Source of the DNA: a virus
Taxonomy: Duplodnaviria; Caudoviricetes
Virus record (IMG/VR): IMGVR_UViG_3300037312_001875
Coordinates: 22,051-86,050 of that record
DNA: 64,000 nt
Direction: 5' to 3' (one strand)
A program made the position numbers and the translations under genes. The notes beneath the pieces were generated by a model. That model had not been told where the DNA came from, did not search any database, and saw only the letters and a program-made list of their open reading frames with translations. Positions 1 to 9,413 of the stretch are shown in pieces; the stretch's first letter is position 1, and each line of letters starts with the position of its first letter.

Positions 1-2814
1 ATTACAGCTAGAGGTCTATGGACTTCGAATCGATTAGACGAGCGAGGGCGGTTTATATTCGGAAGTTTGGATGAACGCGGACAAACTGTAGCGGGAACTT
101 CCACTGGAGCTGCGACTAATCCTGTTTTTGGGACAGTATCTCTTAATCCCAATCCTAGTGGATTGACTGTTACTGCCAGTGTTATTAAATTAACCCCTAT
201 GGCAAGCATTGATGGCGGAAGTTTTTTAAACACCCAGTTTACTTCTACTATTGATGGCGGTGCTTACCAAACAACGCAATTTAATTCCGTTAAGGATGGG
301 GGCGTCTTTAGACTGATCGACGGAGGAATATTTAACAATTCCGTTACTACTAACACCATAGATGGAGGTGCCTTTACCGATACAACCGTAAGTAATACGA
401 GGGATGGCGGTGCCTTTACATCTTCACCTTCTCCTTCTAAAGATTCGGATATCAATGGAGGTGATTTTGCAGATCCGCAGGATTCCTCCGTCGATGCTGG
501 TGGTTTCACGGATACTCAAAACTCTTCGATTGATGGCGGTGCCTTTACGGATATTTCTTCGGTTTCGATAGGGGCAAGTTCGACCGTTACTGCAAATGGA
601 AGGTCGATTCTAACATCTTCGGTTACGATTACTGATTTAAGTTCTCTTGTTGTTCAACCAAGTTCGGTTCCTTCTAGTGTTTCCATAAATGCTAATACGC
701 AGGTAACCACTTATGGAGCTGCTATCCAACAATCCTTTGTTTCCATAAGTGCTGGTACAACTATCACATCGATTGGAAACACGATACAAAATTCGTCTAT
801 ATCTATTACGGCATCAGGTTCTCTCGTCTCTCAAGGAAGTTTGGTGGGAACAACAACCAATATTCTTGATGGAGGTTCTTTTAAAAATTATGTCAGCACG
901 AACACCGTCGATGGCGGATCCTTTACCAATACAACCGTAAGTAACACACGAGATGGCGGGGTCTTTACGTCTTTACCTTCTCCTTCTACGGGTTCCGACG
1001 TTGACGGTGGTGACTTTACTAGCCCTAACGACTCCTCAATTGATGGCGGTAATTTTACCAATCAAAATGATTCTGCTATCGATGGTGGTAATTTTGTTGA
1101 TTACACCATTGTAATCAATGGCCGTTCTACTTTGATTGTATCGGGTTCTGTTTCTTCATTAGGGACGATAGATGGAGGGAACTTTGATGATCCGTCATAC
1201 GATACCGTCATCGACGGTGGAAGTCCTGATGACACCGCATATGATTTTATCATTGATGGAGGAACGTTGGACTCTATTTTTATAAGTTCGCTTTCTTCGT
1301 TAAGTGCTAAGGGTGCCGGTGTTTTAACAGGACACGTTTCAATTTCCTCCGTTGGAAATGTCGTTGGAGGTATCGCTTCATCAACCCCTGTTTCCATTGA
1401 GATTGACCCTTTACCATCGAAGGTGTTCGTAACAGGAACTGTAATCAAAAAGGGAACCATTTCTTCTTCCGGAGCAGGTACCGTTGTGGTCAGCGCCGTG
1501 GGTGAATCGGTCGTTAAAACAGTCTTGTCAGGACCGATTGCGATAAATGCATCGAGTTCAACCCAGTCCTATGGAACGATTGATGGACAAGTATCCGCTT
1601 TAATTTTTGGAACTGGATTAGTCATGGCGGGTGGAAACGTCATTTCGTCATCCGCTGTGATCACCAGCAATTCATCCAGTACGGTAACATTGTCCGCAAT
1701 TTGTATGGCATTAGGTAATGTTTCATCTTTCGGAACCGGAGTGGTGACAACAAACGGAAAAATCAAGGCGGTTTCAGATATCATTTCCATTACCTCAACA
1801 AGTGCAGCAACTCCATCGGGAATCTTGATCACAAAAGGTTCTGGCTCCACTTCCGGAATAAGTTCTGTCAGTGCTAATGGAAATGTAATTGCTGGTACCG
1901 GTGCTTCTATCGCGGCGTCAAGTGCGGTCACATCATCTTCTAGATATATTGCATCTGGAACGGCGTTGCCTGCGGGCAAGAGTAACCTTACGACTGAAGA
2001 AGGAACAGTATCTTTATCAGGTCCACTCCCTATTCATGCGTCTAGTGTGTTAACAGCCTCCGCGTTCATAGTTGCTAAAAATACTGTTTCTTGTTCTGGC
2101 AAAGGAAATTTATCTGTTGTAGGCGATAGGGTCGCGATCGCGCCTTCGTTCACTTTTAATGGAAAAAGTAACATAAGCATTTCTCAAATATTGACGAGAC
2201 CGGCCAACGCTTCGGTTTCAAGCAATGGCACCGTAACCGCCATTGGTAGAGTCATAAAGAGCGGAGCGATCGGCGTCAATGCTCAGGGAACGAGTACGAA
2301 TGAAATCAATGGCTTTGTTATCTTAGGCGGAATCGTGAAGTTAACGGATACAAGTAGAGTGGATAGCATTCCAATCGCTGTCCGCCTAAGCGGTTCATCG
2401 TTGAAATCGGGGGCTTCTCTGACCCTATCGTTCAACGGGGTGAGACTGGCACAGGCTTCTTTTGCGGCAACGAGCTCGATTGCTGCCAACGATATCCGAA
2501 TTCGTAGAGAAGGCTCAGCTGTTAATGGTGTTACTTCTGTTGAGATAGAAGCGATCCGAAGGACACTTAATACGGTCTTATTCGGTGGACAAACGGGAGT
2601 GACCGTTAATGGATTTACGACAACCAGAAGCAAAATCCTATTAGACTCTAAATCTTCTTTACGGACCAACGGTGGAAAAACAACTCCGGTTGATGTGGTC
2701 ATCTCTGCTAAAGGCGACGTAAACCTATTCATTGGCGACAAAATTATTGGGGAAGTGAATCTTGAAGGAAATGTCGCTGGCAGTGTGAGTTTTTCGGGGA
2801 TTCTAAAAAATTAA
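1..2814 (+). CDS. Large Ser/Thr/Gly-rich virion fibre/scaffold protein with 16 DGG motifs (5'-truncated by the window edge)
   Basis: Frame is open from base 1 (ITARGLWTS...LDERGQT). Repeated [ILV]DGGx[FY] motifs in the N-half, small-residue beta-type repeats in the C-half. Lies upstream of receptor-binding genes. Confidence 0.7.
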   Translation: MTARGLWTSNRLDERGRFIFGSLDERGQTVAGTSTGAATNPVFGTVSLNPNPSGLTVTASVIKLTPMASIDGGSFLNTQFTSTIDGGAYQTTQFNSVKDGGVFRLIDGGIFNNSVTTNTIDGGAFTDTTVSNTRDGGAFTSSPSPSKDSDINGGDFADPQDSSVDAGGFTDTQNSSIDGGAFTDISSVSIGASSTVTANGRSILTSSVTITDLSSLVVQPSSVPSSVSINANTQVTTYGAAIQQSFVSISAGTTITSIGNTIQNSSISITASGSLVSQGSLVGTTTNILDGGSFKNYVSTNTVDGGSFTNTTVSNTRDGGVFTSLPSPSTGSDVDGGDFTSPNDSSIDGGNFTNQNDSAIDGGNFVDYTIVINGRSTLIVSGSVSSLGTIDGGNFDDPSYDTVIDGGSPDDTAYDFIIDGGTLDSIFISSLSSLSAKGAGVLTGHVSISSVGNVVGGIASSTPVSIEIDPLPSKVFVTGTVIKKGTISSSGAGTVVVSAVGESVVKTVLSGPIAINASSSTQSYGTIDGQVSALIFGTGLVMAGGNVISSSAVITSNSSSTVTLSAICMALGNVSSFGTGVVTTNGKIKAVSDIISITSTSAATPSGILITKGSGSTSGISSVSANGNVIAGTGASIAASSAVTSSSRYIASGTALPAGKSNLTTEEGTVSLSGPLPIHASSVLTASAFIVAKNTVSCSGKGNLSVVGDRVAIAPSFTFNGKSNISISQILTRPANASVSSNGTVTAIGRVIKSGAIGVNAQGTSTNEINGFVILGGIVKLTDTSRVDSIPIAVRLSGSSLKSGASLTLSFNGVRLAQASFAATSSIAANDIRIRREGSAVNGVTSVEIEAIRRTLNTVLFGGQTGVTVNGFTTTRSKILLDSKSSLRTNGGKTTPVDVVISAKGDVNLFIGDKIIGEVNLEGNVAGSVSFSGILKN
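352..1101 (+). repeat. Gap-free 201-bp (67-codon) internal duplication, 352-552 vs 901-1101
   Basis: NTIDGGAFTDTTVSNTRDGGAFTSSPSPS... vs NTVDGGSFTNTTVSNTRDGGVFTSLPSPS...; same length, many synonymous differences. Confidence 0.9.
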
Positions 2815-2817
2815 TAG

Positions 2818-2844
2818 ACGACCTTTCAAAGGTCGTTTTTTTTT
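2818..2844 (+). terminator. Rho-independent terminator
   Basis: ACGACCT-ttcaa-AGGTCGT followed by a T run. Confidence 0.8.
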
Positions 2845-2865
2845 ACCATTATCAATCTTTAAACG

Positions 2866-2900
2866 TGATAGAATAATAATTAATTAGGACTTTCGACCTA
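2866..2900 (+). promoter_or_regulatory. Extended -10 promoter (TGATAGAAT) with TAGG-N8-CCTA operator at 2885-2900
   Basis: TG-A-TAGAAT at 2866-2874; TAGGACTTTCGACCTA directly before TAAGGAGG. Confidence 0.65.
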
Positions 2901-2927
2901 TAAGGAGGAGGTAAAGGAGGGTGCTTT

Positions 2928-3281
2928 ATGACCAAGAAGAACCAGAACTTCTCAATGGTAGCGGGCGATACCATGTTAATCAATATTGGTGTGACCGATT
3001 CTAACGGAACCCCCATTAACTTAACAGGATGTTCCATTACATGGATTGTCAAAAAGACAGTCAAAGCCCCTATCGTTTTGGTGACTAAAACGACGCAGGA
3101 TGATATTGCAATTCGGGATGTCAGAAAAGGACTGTTTGTCGTAAAACTCAACAGCCAAGATACGGCGGGATTTGATGGTCGAATGTATCACGAAGCCAAA
3201 GTAAAAGATGCTTTCGGCGATGTAGCCACGGTTGCCACTGGTTTGATCACCTTCGTTCCGAGCGGAGCGGTGGCAACATGA
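2928..3281 (+). CDS. BppU-N/Ig-like phage structural adaptor protein
   Basis: GDT...INLTGCSITWIVKK and GRMYHEAKVKD...VATGLITF resemble BppU-type Ig-like baseplate/fibre domains; strong RBS. Confidence 0.55.
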   Translation: MTKKNQNFSMVAGDTMLINIGVTDSNGTPINLTGCSITWIVKKTVKAPIVLVTKTTQDDIAIRDVRKGLFVVKLNSQDTAGFDGRMYHEAKVKDAFGDVATVATGLITFVPSGAVAT

Positions 3282-3321
3282 CGAGTCGACAATTACAAGT
3301 TCAATAGATGGAGGGATTCTA

Positions 3322-4362
3322 ATGGATAAAATTTTAGTGCGCAGAGGATTAAAAGGTGATTTGCCTGACCTTGATGAAGGAGAATTCGGATATTGCACAG
3401 ACACTCGTGAAGTTTTTATTGGTACTTCTACTGCTACGAATGTCCCGGTTGGAGGAGCATCAAATTTAGATGGTCTGACTGACGTCGATACGACGACAAC
3501 TGCACCAACCAATGGTCAAGTGTTGAAATATGATTCTGCAACAAGCCTTTGGAAGCCGGGCACGGTGACAGGCGGTGGTGGAGGACCGACTTTAGTAGCT
3601 TCTTACACTCATACGAAGAACAAAGAGGTAGCTGTATCAGCTATTAACTATACAGATGGCACATTCTCTTCTACCGGTCATGGATTGGCTCTTAATGACA
3701 CAGTGACCATTATTCCTAACAAGGATATGGTTAATTCAGGTGTCAACGCTGGTAATGGTGGTAGCTATGTGGTTGGTTATTATCCTACGGGGATTTCCGC
3801 TAGGACTAAGTACTATGTAGTAAATCCACAGACTGACTCATTCCAATTATCGGCTACTTCTGGTGGAGCGGCTATTGTTCCAACGAACCCGAACTCAACC
3901 GTGGACGTAACTAAGTGGCATTTTGAAAGACAGGTGGATTCTACTATCGACTTTGGAACACTTCCAGCGGCGGGTTCGAAATTCCGAATAGTGCTTAGTG
4001 GAAAGGTGTTACGAAGCAACACAGGTCAATTAAACGTATATGCGGGTTCATTGCAATTCCCATATACCAATTTACTTGTGTCCACCAATACTATCATGTC
4101 AGGATTCGGAAATGGCGTTTGGTCTTTAGCTGGTGACATGCACACCTACCGTGAATATGACCTTAATTCTGAGGGGTACTATTACATTCGACAAAGAGGA
4201 GTAGACTACGCTACCAATACTACTTCCGCATACACGGCTACTGTTCGTGATAATACAGGTATTTGTCAAGATTACACATTCTTCAATAAACAAATAACAA
4301 AAATAACGATCATTAACATTGATGCGGCGAATGGTTTAACTGTCCAACTTTATAGCATGTAA
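3322..4362 (+). CDS. Receptor-binding/fibre protein 1 with Mtd_N-like N-terminus
   Basis: KILVRRG...LPDLDEGEFGYCTDTREVFIG; phage fibre repeat LDGLTDVD..TNGQVLKYD..W; beta-rich C-terminal domain. Confidence 0.7.
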   Translation: MDKILVRRGLKGDLPDLDEGEFGYCTDTREVFIGTSTATNVPVGGASNLDGLTDVDTTTTAPTNGQVLKYDSATSLWKPGTVTGGGGGPTLVASYTHTKNKEVAVSAINYTDGTFSSTGHGLALNDTVTIIPNKDMVNSGVNAGNGGSYVVGYYPTGISARTKYYVVNPQTDSFQLSATSGGAAIVPTNPNSTVDVTKWHFERQVDSTIDFGTLPAAGSKFRIVLSGKVLRSNTGQLNVYAGSLQFPYTNLLVSTNTIMSGFGNGVWSLAGDMHTYREYDLNSEGYYYIRQRGVDYATNTTSAYTATVRDNTGICQDYTFFNKQITKITIINIDAANGLTVQLYSM

Positions 4363-4368
4363 TTTATG

Positions 4369-4394
4369 AAGCCAATAGGAGACTGTTGGCTTTT
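4369..4394 (+). terminator. Hairpin/weak terminator between RBP1 and RBP2
   Basis: AAGCCAATAG-gaga-CTGTTGGCTT plus a short T tail. Confidence 0.5.
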
Positions 4395-4409
4395 AAAGGA
4401 GGGTAAAAA

Positions 4410-6377
4410 ATGGCACCCAAAATTCAAATCAGAAGAGGGTTAAGTTCTAGTTTGCCGATCAATTTAGCAGAAGGTGAATTTGGCTTTACTACAGATTCAA
4501 AGGAACTTTATATTGGTTCAACCGGAGGGAATGTTAAGTTAGCGAAATATTCGGATTTAAGCTCGATTTCTGGTGGAAGTGTTATTGAGACTTATGAAAC
4601 GGAAGCGGTAGGAGAATTATTCTATCCGCCTGGCAACTACAACGCATGGTGTCCGAGCAATTTACAGTGGGATAAAACAAGAGGGGTCTTTGCGGTTCTG
4701 ATTAATGCTGCTGATGCCCATGTATTCACTAAGATAGACCAATACTTCTGTACAATTAATCCTGACACGCTTATTTCCACGAAACCTGTTCTTGTTAGTC
4801 CGAAAGATACTAGTGGGAATGCTGTTGCATGGGACACTCAAACATCTTCTAATAATTTTATGATACTAAATGATGGAACATATGTATTTTATAGAAGATT
4901 AGGTGGAGTTTATCAAAGAATAACCTCGACAGACGGTGGTGTCACTTGGGTTAATCAAGGACCTATTACTTTTACACCAGGTGGTATTATCACTACTTCC
5001 TCCAATATTTGGGGCATCCAAAAACTATCTAGTGGAAGATTAATTATTGGATGGGGAGCTCAAGCGGAGGTTCGAGGAAAAATTTCATGGTCAGATAATG
5101 GGATAGATTGGAATGTTGTTAATATCGGTTGGAATACAATAAGTCCAACACCTACAGCAGCAGAGCCTCATATTATTGAAGTGAAACCTGGTCAGTTAGT
5201 AAGTTTGGCGAGGATGACAAGCGCGGGTGCTACGGGTGGATTATCCCCTGAACCTGCCTTAATATCTTTCTCTAATGATAATGGTGCCTCTTGGACACCT
5301 TATGTAAAATCTTCATCAATTACTGACATGAATGCATCTGGGGCTACAGCGTTTGTTCATGATGGTATGGTTGAAGTGTTCGTAGCTTCAAGATTCTATG
5401 GTAGTACAAGCAATGTAAACACAGGTGAAACTGGTGCGATCTATCATTATACCGCAACATTAGATAATGCATTAGCGGACAAATTCACCTTAAAAAATGT
5501 GAGTGTATTTGCAAATGCGGTAGATAGCGTGGACTTCCATTCTCCTTGTGTGGCCATTGACAGTAAAAAAAGACTTCTTCTTATGTATATGGATCAAACG
5601 CATTATACCGTTACAACGGCAGAAGTGAACTATTTATTTGTAAGAGGTGGAAGGACATCTGTACCTAAATTAAATGCTGATGGAAAAAATGCGCCTCTAT
5701 TTGGATATAGCGGGAAATATATTGAATCACTAGTTTCAAATTTAAAAACAGAAATTGCTACTTTGCAAAACAAAGTATCCTTAATTAGCGGAGTAACAAA
5801 TCCTGTTCCTGCTCCCAAAGGTACTTTAATTTGGACTAAAAAATATAATACTCAGCTTGAAAACAAATATGTATATGATTCTAGTAATGAATTTTCAGGT
5901 AGAGTGCAATGGGCATCACAAGCAACTCCTTCTTACAATAATATTGAAACAGATGCAAATGGTATTAAATATCATAGTACGGGTACATCCGGAACAATTC
6001 TTATTCCTGTAACAAAGCCAAATTTTTCTATTCAATATACAGGCACAATTGGAAATGAATCGATATGGTCACCGACTGCAGCTGGTATTATCAATGGAGT
6101 AGCGTATGGAGCTATCTTTGTGGCAAAATATGGTGTTACTAAAAATATATATCATGAATTTAGATTTGAAAATTGGAATGGCAAAATGAAAGTATTCATC
6201 GATAATATTGAAATGCCTACTGTCGTAAGTACAAACTTTGATTCTAATTCATCTAATATGTACAGTAATACTTGGAGCCAAGCCCAAACTTTAGGTTATG
6301 TTGCAGGTAATACTTATGCGGTTGCCAGCATATCGTCTGGAAAAATCTATGACCTCAAATTTGGTGAATGGGATTAA
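4410..6377 (+). CDS. Receptor-binding protein 2: Mtd_N-like N-terminus plus sialidase-like (BNR/Asp-box) beta-propeller
   Basis: KIQIRRG..LPINLAEGEFGFTTDSKELYIG; Asp-boxes STDGGVTW, SDNGIDW, SNDNGASW; YNAW motif reminiscent of phage endosialidases. Confidence 0.75.
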   Translation: MAPKIQIRRGLSSSLPINLAEGEFGFTTDSKELYIGSTGGNVKLAKYSDLSSISGGSVIETYETEAVGELFYPPGNYNAWCPSNLQWDKTRGVFAVLINAADAHVFTKIDQYFCTINPDTLISTKPVLVSPKDTSGNAVAWDTQTSSNNFMILNDGTYVFYRRLGGVYQRITSTDGGVTWVNQGPITFTPGGIITTSSNIWGIQKLSSGRLIIGWGAQAEVRGKISWSDNGIDWNVVNIGWNTISPTPTAAEPHIIEVKPGQLVSLARMTSAGATGGLSPEPALISFSNDNGASWTPYVKSSSITDMNASGATAFVHDGMVEVFVASRFYGSTSNVNTGETGAIYHYTATLDNALADKFTLKNVSVFANAVDSVDFHSPCVAIDSKKRLLLMYMDQTHYTVTTAEVNYLFVRGGRTSVPKLNADGKNAPLFGYSGKYIESLVSNLKTEIATLQNKVSLISGVTNPVPAPKGTLIWTKKYNTQLENKYVYDSSNEFSGRVQWASQATPSYNNIETDANGIKYHSTGTSGTILIPVTKPNFSIQYTGTIGNESIWSPTAAGIINGVAYGAIFVAKYGVTKNIYHEFRFENWNGKMKVFIDNIEMPTVVSTNFDSNSSNMYSNTWSQAQTLGYVAGNTYAVASISSGKIYDLKFGEWD

Positions 6378-6384
6378 TTTTTAG

Positions 6385-6411
6385 AAAGCCAGCATCACTG
6401 CTGGCTTTTTT
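6385..6411 (+). terminator. Rho-independent terminator
   Basis: AAAGCCAGCA-tcac-TGCTGGCTTT plus T run. Confidence 0.85.
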
Positions 6412-6436
6412 ATTTTCAGCAATCTTTCTGAAAGTT

Positions 6437-6467
6437 TGATAGAATTCTTTATAGGTATAAAGTCCTA
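6437..6467 (+). promoter_or_regulatory. Extended -10 promoter (TGATAGAAT) with TAGG-N8-CCTA operator at 6452-6467
   Basis: Same architecture as 2866-2900: TGATAGAAT, then TAGGTATAAAGTCCTA, then TAAGGAGG. Confidence 0.7.
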
Positions 6468-6481
6468 TAAGGAGGGGAAAT

Positions 6482-8899
6482 ATGACTCAAAAAATACAAT
6501 TTAAGCGAGGGCAACAAAACGAACTACCCACTTTAGCAATTGGAGAACCTGCCTTTACTTTAGATACGAAAAAAATGTTTGTCGGATCCTCTGGTGGAAA
6601 TATAGAATTGGCAAAAAGTTCGGTTGTCCACAATATCTCTTATGTTGTGGACCTAGATCGATGGGGGATTACGCAAGGTTCCTTTGGAAAACCTCCTTAT
6701 ACAACAGACGAATGGGCGGTAGCTTATAACAATATTCAAGGATTGAATGCCGCTTTGGTGTTTGCGAAGGATAATGGCTATAATCGAGTGATTCTTCCAA
6801 AAGGAACATATAGTTTCTGTTACACAAACCCAACTGGCGGACCAAGACCAGTCGATATGAAGTCAATCCCCATTCAGTTATTCAGCAATCAAACATTAGA
6901 CTTAAATGGTTCAACCTTTGAAGTTATGTATGATTCCATTAACAAGAACCCATACGATTTATCACCAGATACCACAGAGCCATGGAGGTTATCAGGTAAC
7001 CTTATTAGTTTGGATGAATGTATTAATTCTCATGTAACCAACGGAAAGATCATTGGAGACATCCCCAACAGAAGTTTCTCTGATGCAGGAACTGGTTTTG
7101 AGTCGGAAAAGGGGATGGAGCAAACAAGGGGAATTGGAATTAATAATGGAGCGAAAAACTGCTCTGTTTCCTTTATTGACATCTCTATGTTTATGGGTGA
7201 CGCAATCCGTATCGGAAACACCCCTACTCAAACAACTAACTGGAACGTCAGTGGATGGGGTAACAACACATGTAATCCTGGTTACATCAATAATGATGGG
7301 ACCATTAATGCCTCTACGAGTGGAGCTTATCTCTCTCCAGAATATACCATTATTCAAGGAGAACATAAGGTTATTCAGTTGCGTACGAATGGAGGATACA
7401 CACGTATCCCTGCTATCAAAGGTTTTTTCTTCGAGTTTGTATTCTTGGATAGCAGTAAAGTAGTGGTAGCAAGAAAGAAAGCTACTTACTTACAATCGGT
7501 TACTGTCCCTTATAATGCTGCATATCTACGTATGCAGTTCACAGGACAAGATGTTGGTCTAACTACTTTTAAACCCGATTATGCGATTACTAAAGTGCAA
7601 GCAGCAAATATCCATATCCATCACTGCGATATCCACGATAACCACCGTGGAGGAATAAGTGGTGGAGCTGACGATACGCTGATCGAATGGAACCGTATTT
7701 ATCATAATGGTTTAGATTCCAGTATCGGAGTGCCTTTATTCCCTGATACAACTCGTTACTGTATCAACTTTGAGGATAGTTATTGTAATAAGGTAACGAT
7801 CCGTAACAATCTGATGTTTTCCGGATTCAATGGATTGCTATTGTCAGTCTACAATATCAATGTTACTGGGAACATTATGTACAATTTCTCTTCTGGCGTT
7901 CTTATATATAACAATGCTAGAACGGTTGTAAGAGATAATTTGTTCATTGATGCGGCTTCCATTGGATTGATGGATAATGTAGGTTTCCAACGAAGGGAAA
8001 TTGACTTCGAACATAACTGGGTATTAGGCGGAAGTATGAGTGTAGACACTACCTCATATCCTTCAACGAGTGTTCAGATTAGAAATAACCGTTTGACGCC
8101 GGACTCCATTTCTCTTACAGGAGCCGTTTTATTCACAGGAAATAAATTAGACTCAACGACTGGGGATAAGAATACAGCGACTCAGTGGACTATTCGAGCT
8201 ACAAGATGCACGAACAACGATTTTAACAATTGTGCTGTACAGATTGATAAATATGATGATTCTAGCGTGTTCTCGGATAACCGCTTCAACTCTGTTGTGA
8301 TCCGTCCGAGCAAATGGACGAATGAGATTGATTGGAGACGTACAAGATTCTATAACAGCTTTATCGATTGGTTGTATTTCTATGACAAGACAAAGAATGT
8401 CACAACCACTTTTACGGACTGTACGTTCCAAGATACCACATTCGATACAGGTCATGGATTCATCAACGATGCGACGAACGGAAACCTTACCGTATCAGTG
8501 CGATTCAAACGTTGTGAATTTAACATGACCAACGCGATTGCATCTACTGTCATGATTACCTTAAATGATAACGTGGCAAGCTCATCTTACCCAGCCGGAG
8601 TAGCGCAACGTCAATACAAAGCTGTATTCAAAGACTGTGAATTCAACAATACTTCGGATTCTCCTGTCCGTTATATTGCGAGTACGTCGAATAGTGGCTC
8701 TCAACCTAAGAACATGCTTTTAGAGCGATGCTCAATTGATACCGCTAGATTCAAGCTGTTCGGAGATTATGCGAACAACAGTGCAACCATGAGGGATACC
8801 GATTTCTTAAATGGAAGCACTCCGATTACCATGACGAATGCTGCAGTGACTACAGTTAAACAAGTTGAGTCTAGCTGGAACGGTTCGACTTGGATATAG
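6482..8899 (+). CDS. Receptor-binding protein 3: Mtd_N-like N-terminus plus pectate-lyase-like right-handed beta-helix (putative depolymerase)
   Basis: KIQFKRG..LPTLAIGEPAFTLDTKKMFVG; VILPKGTY, NQTLDLNGS, GDAIRIG, repeated I/V-x-I-x-x-N-x-I beta-helix rungs. Confidence 0.75.
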   Translation: MTQKIQFKRGQQNELPTLAIGEPAFTLDTKKMFVGSSGGNIELAKSSVVHNISYVVDLDRWGITQGSFGKPPYTTDEWAVAYNNIQGLNAALVFAKDNGYNRVILPKGTYSFCYTNPTGGPRPVDMKSIPIQLFSNQTLDLNGSTFEVMYDSINKNPYDLSPDTTEPWRLSGNLISLDECINSHVTNGKIIGDIPNRSFSDAGTGFESEKGMEQTRGIGINNGAKNCSVSFIDISMFMGDAIRIGNTPTQTTNWNVSGWGNNTCNPGYINNDGTINASTSGAYLSPEYTIIQGEHKVIQLRTNGGYTRIPAIKGFFFEFVFLDSSKVVVARKKATYLQSVTVPYNAAYLRMQFTGQDVGLTTFKPDYAITKVQAANIHIHHCDIHDNHRGGISGGADDTLIEWNRIYHNGLDSSIGVPLFPDTTRYCINFEDSYCNKVTIRNNLMFSGFNGLLLSVYNINVTGNIMYNFSSGVLIYNNARTVVRDNLFIDAASIGLMDNVGFQRREIDFEHNWVLGGSMSVDTTSYPSTSVQIRNNRLTPDSISLTGAVLFTGNKLDSTTGDKNTATQWTIRATRCTNNDFNNCAVQIDKYDDSSVFSDNRFNSVVIRPSKWTNEIDWRRTRFYNSFIDWLYFYDKTKNVTTTFTDCTFQDTTFDTGHGFINDATNGNLTVSVRFKRCEFNMTNAIASTVMITLNDNVASSSYPAGVAQRQYKAVFKDCEFNNTSDSPVRYIASTSNSGSQPKNMLLERCSIDTARFKLFGDYANNSATMRDTDFLNGSTPITMTNAAVTTVKQVESSWNGSTWI

Positions 8900-8914
8900 G
8901 AACAAAAAAACGGA

Positions 8915-8951
8915 AAAAGGACTCCTTGTGTTTCTACAAGGAGTCCTTTTT
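8915..8951 (+). terminator. Rho-independent terminator
   Basis: AAAAGGACTCCTTGT / ACAAGGAGTCCTTTT perfect inverted repeat. Confidence 0.85.
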
Positions 8952-9033
8952 GTTGAGCTGTTACATCTAGGGTACTCCAATTATAGCATGAATTCGAGAT
9001 AAAAAGTATTGAAAGATTAAGATTTGATTAAAA

Positions 9034-9070
9034 TTGTAAATACAAGGTGACAACTGATACAATAGTCCTA
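9034..9070 (+). promoter_or_regulatory. SigA-like promoter TTGTAA-18-TACAAT (extended -10) with AGTCCTA half-operator
   Basis: TTGTAA 9034-9039, TG-A-TACAAT 9055-9063, AGTCCTA 9064-9070. Confidence 0.55.
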
Positions 9071-9103
9071 GTTTATTTTTATTAAAATGGAGGTTATCAA
9101 TCT

Positions 9104-9376
9104 ATGAAAAATACCGTCACTCAAGAGCAAATTGACCGCCTGATCGAGGATGCGAAAGTCGATATACAAACCGCTTTTGGAAAAACCACGATTGTTTCGG
9201 TTCAATTGAAGAATGGATTTGTGTTTGTGGAGTCCAGCTCCTGCGTAGATCCTGCCAATTACAACGAGTCCATGGGCGCAGAGATTTGTATGAACCGCAT
9301 CAAAAACAAGCTTTGGGAACTGGAAGGCTATCTGCTCCAAGAAACCATTTATCGTAATTCTTTAATCGAACAATAA
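9104..9376 (+). CDS. Phage Gp49/Gp66-family protein
   Basis: TTIVSVQLKNGFVFVESSSCVDPANYNESMG...KNKLWELEGYLLQE is the characteristic family pattern. Confidence 0.8.
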   Translation: MKNTVTQEQIDRLIEDAKVDIQTAFGKTTIVSVQLKNGFVFVESSSCVDPANYNESMGAEICMNRIKNKLWELEGYLLQETIYRNSLIEQ

Positions 9377-9381
9377 AGGCA

Positions 9382-9413
9382 AAAAGGTCCCGTGTTTCCG
9401 CACGGGACCTTTT
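9382..9413 (+). terminator. Rho-independent terminator
   Basis: AAAAGGTCCCGTG / CACGGGACCTTTT. Confidence 0.8.

Noticed and set aside
352-8899. Diversity-generating retroelement suggested by the Mtd_N domains and the 201-bp repeat
   Set aside because: No reverse transcriptase or Avd gene is seen. The repeat differences are mostly synonymous rather than adenine-specific, and the repeat is not at an RBP C-terminus.
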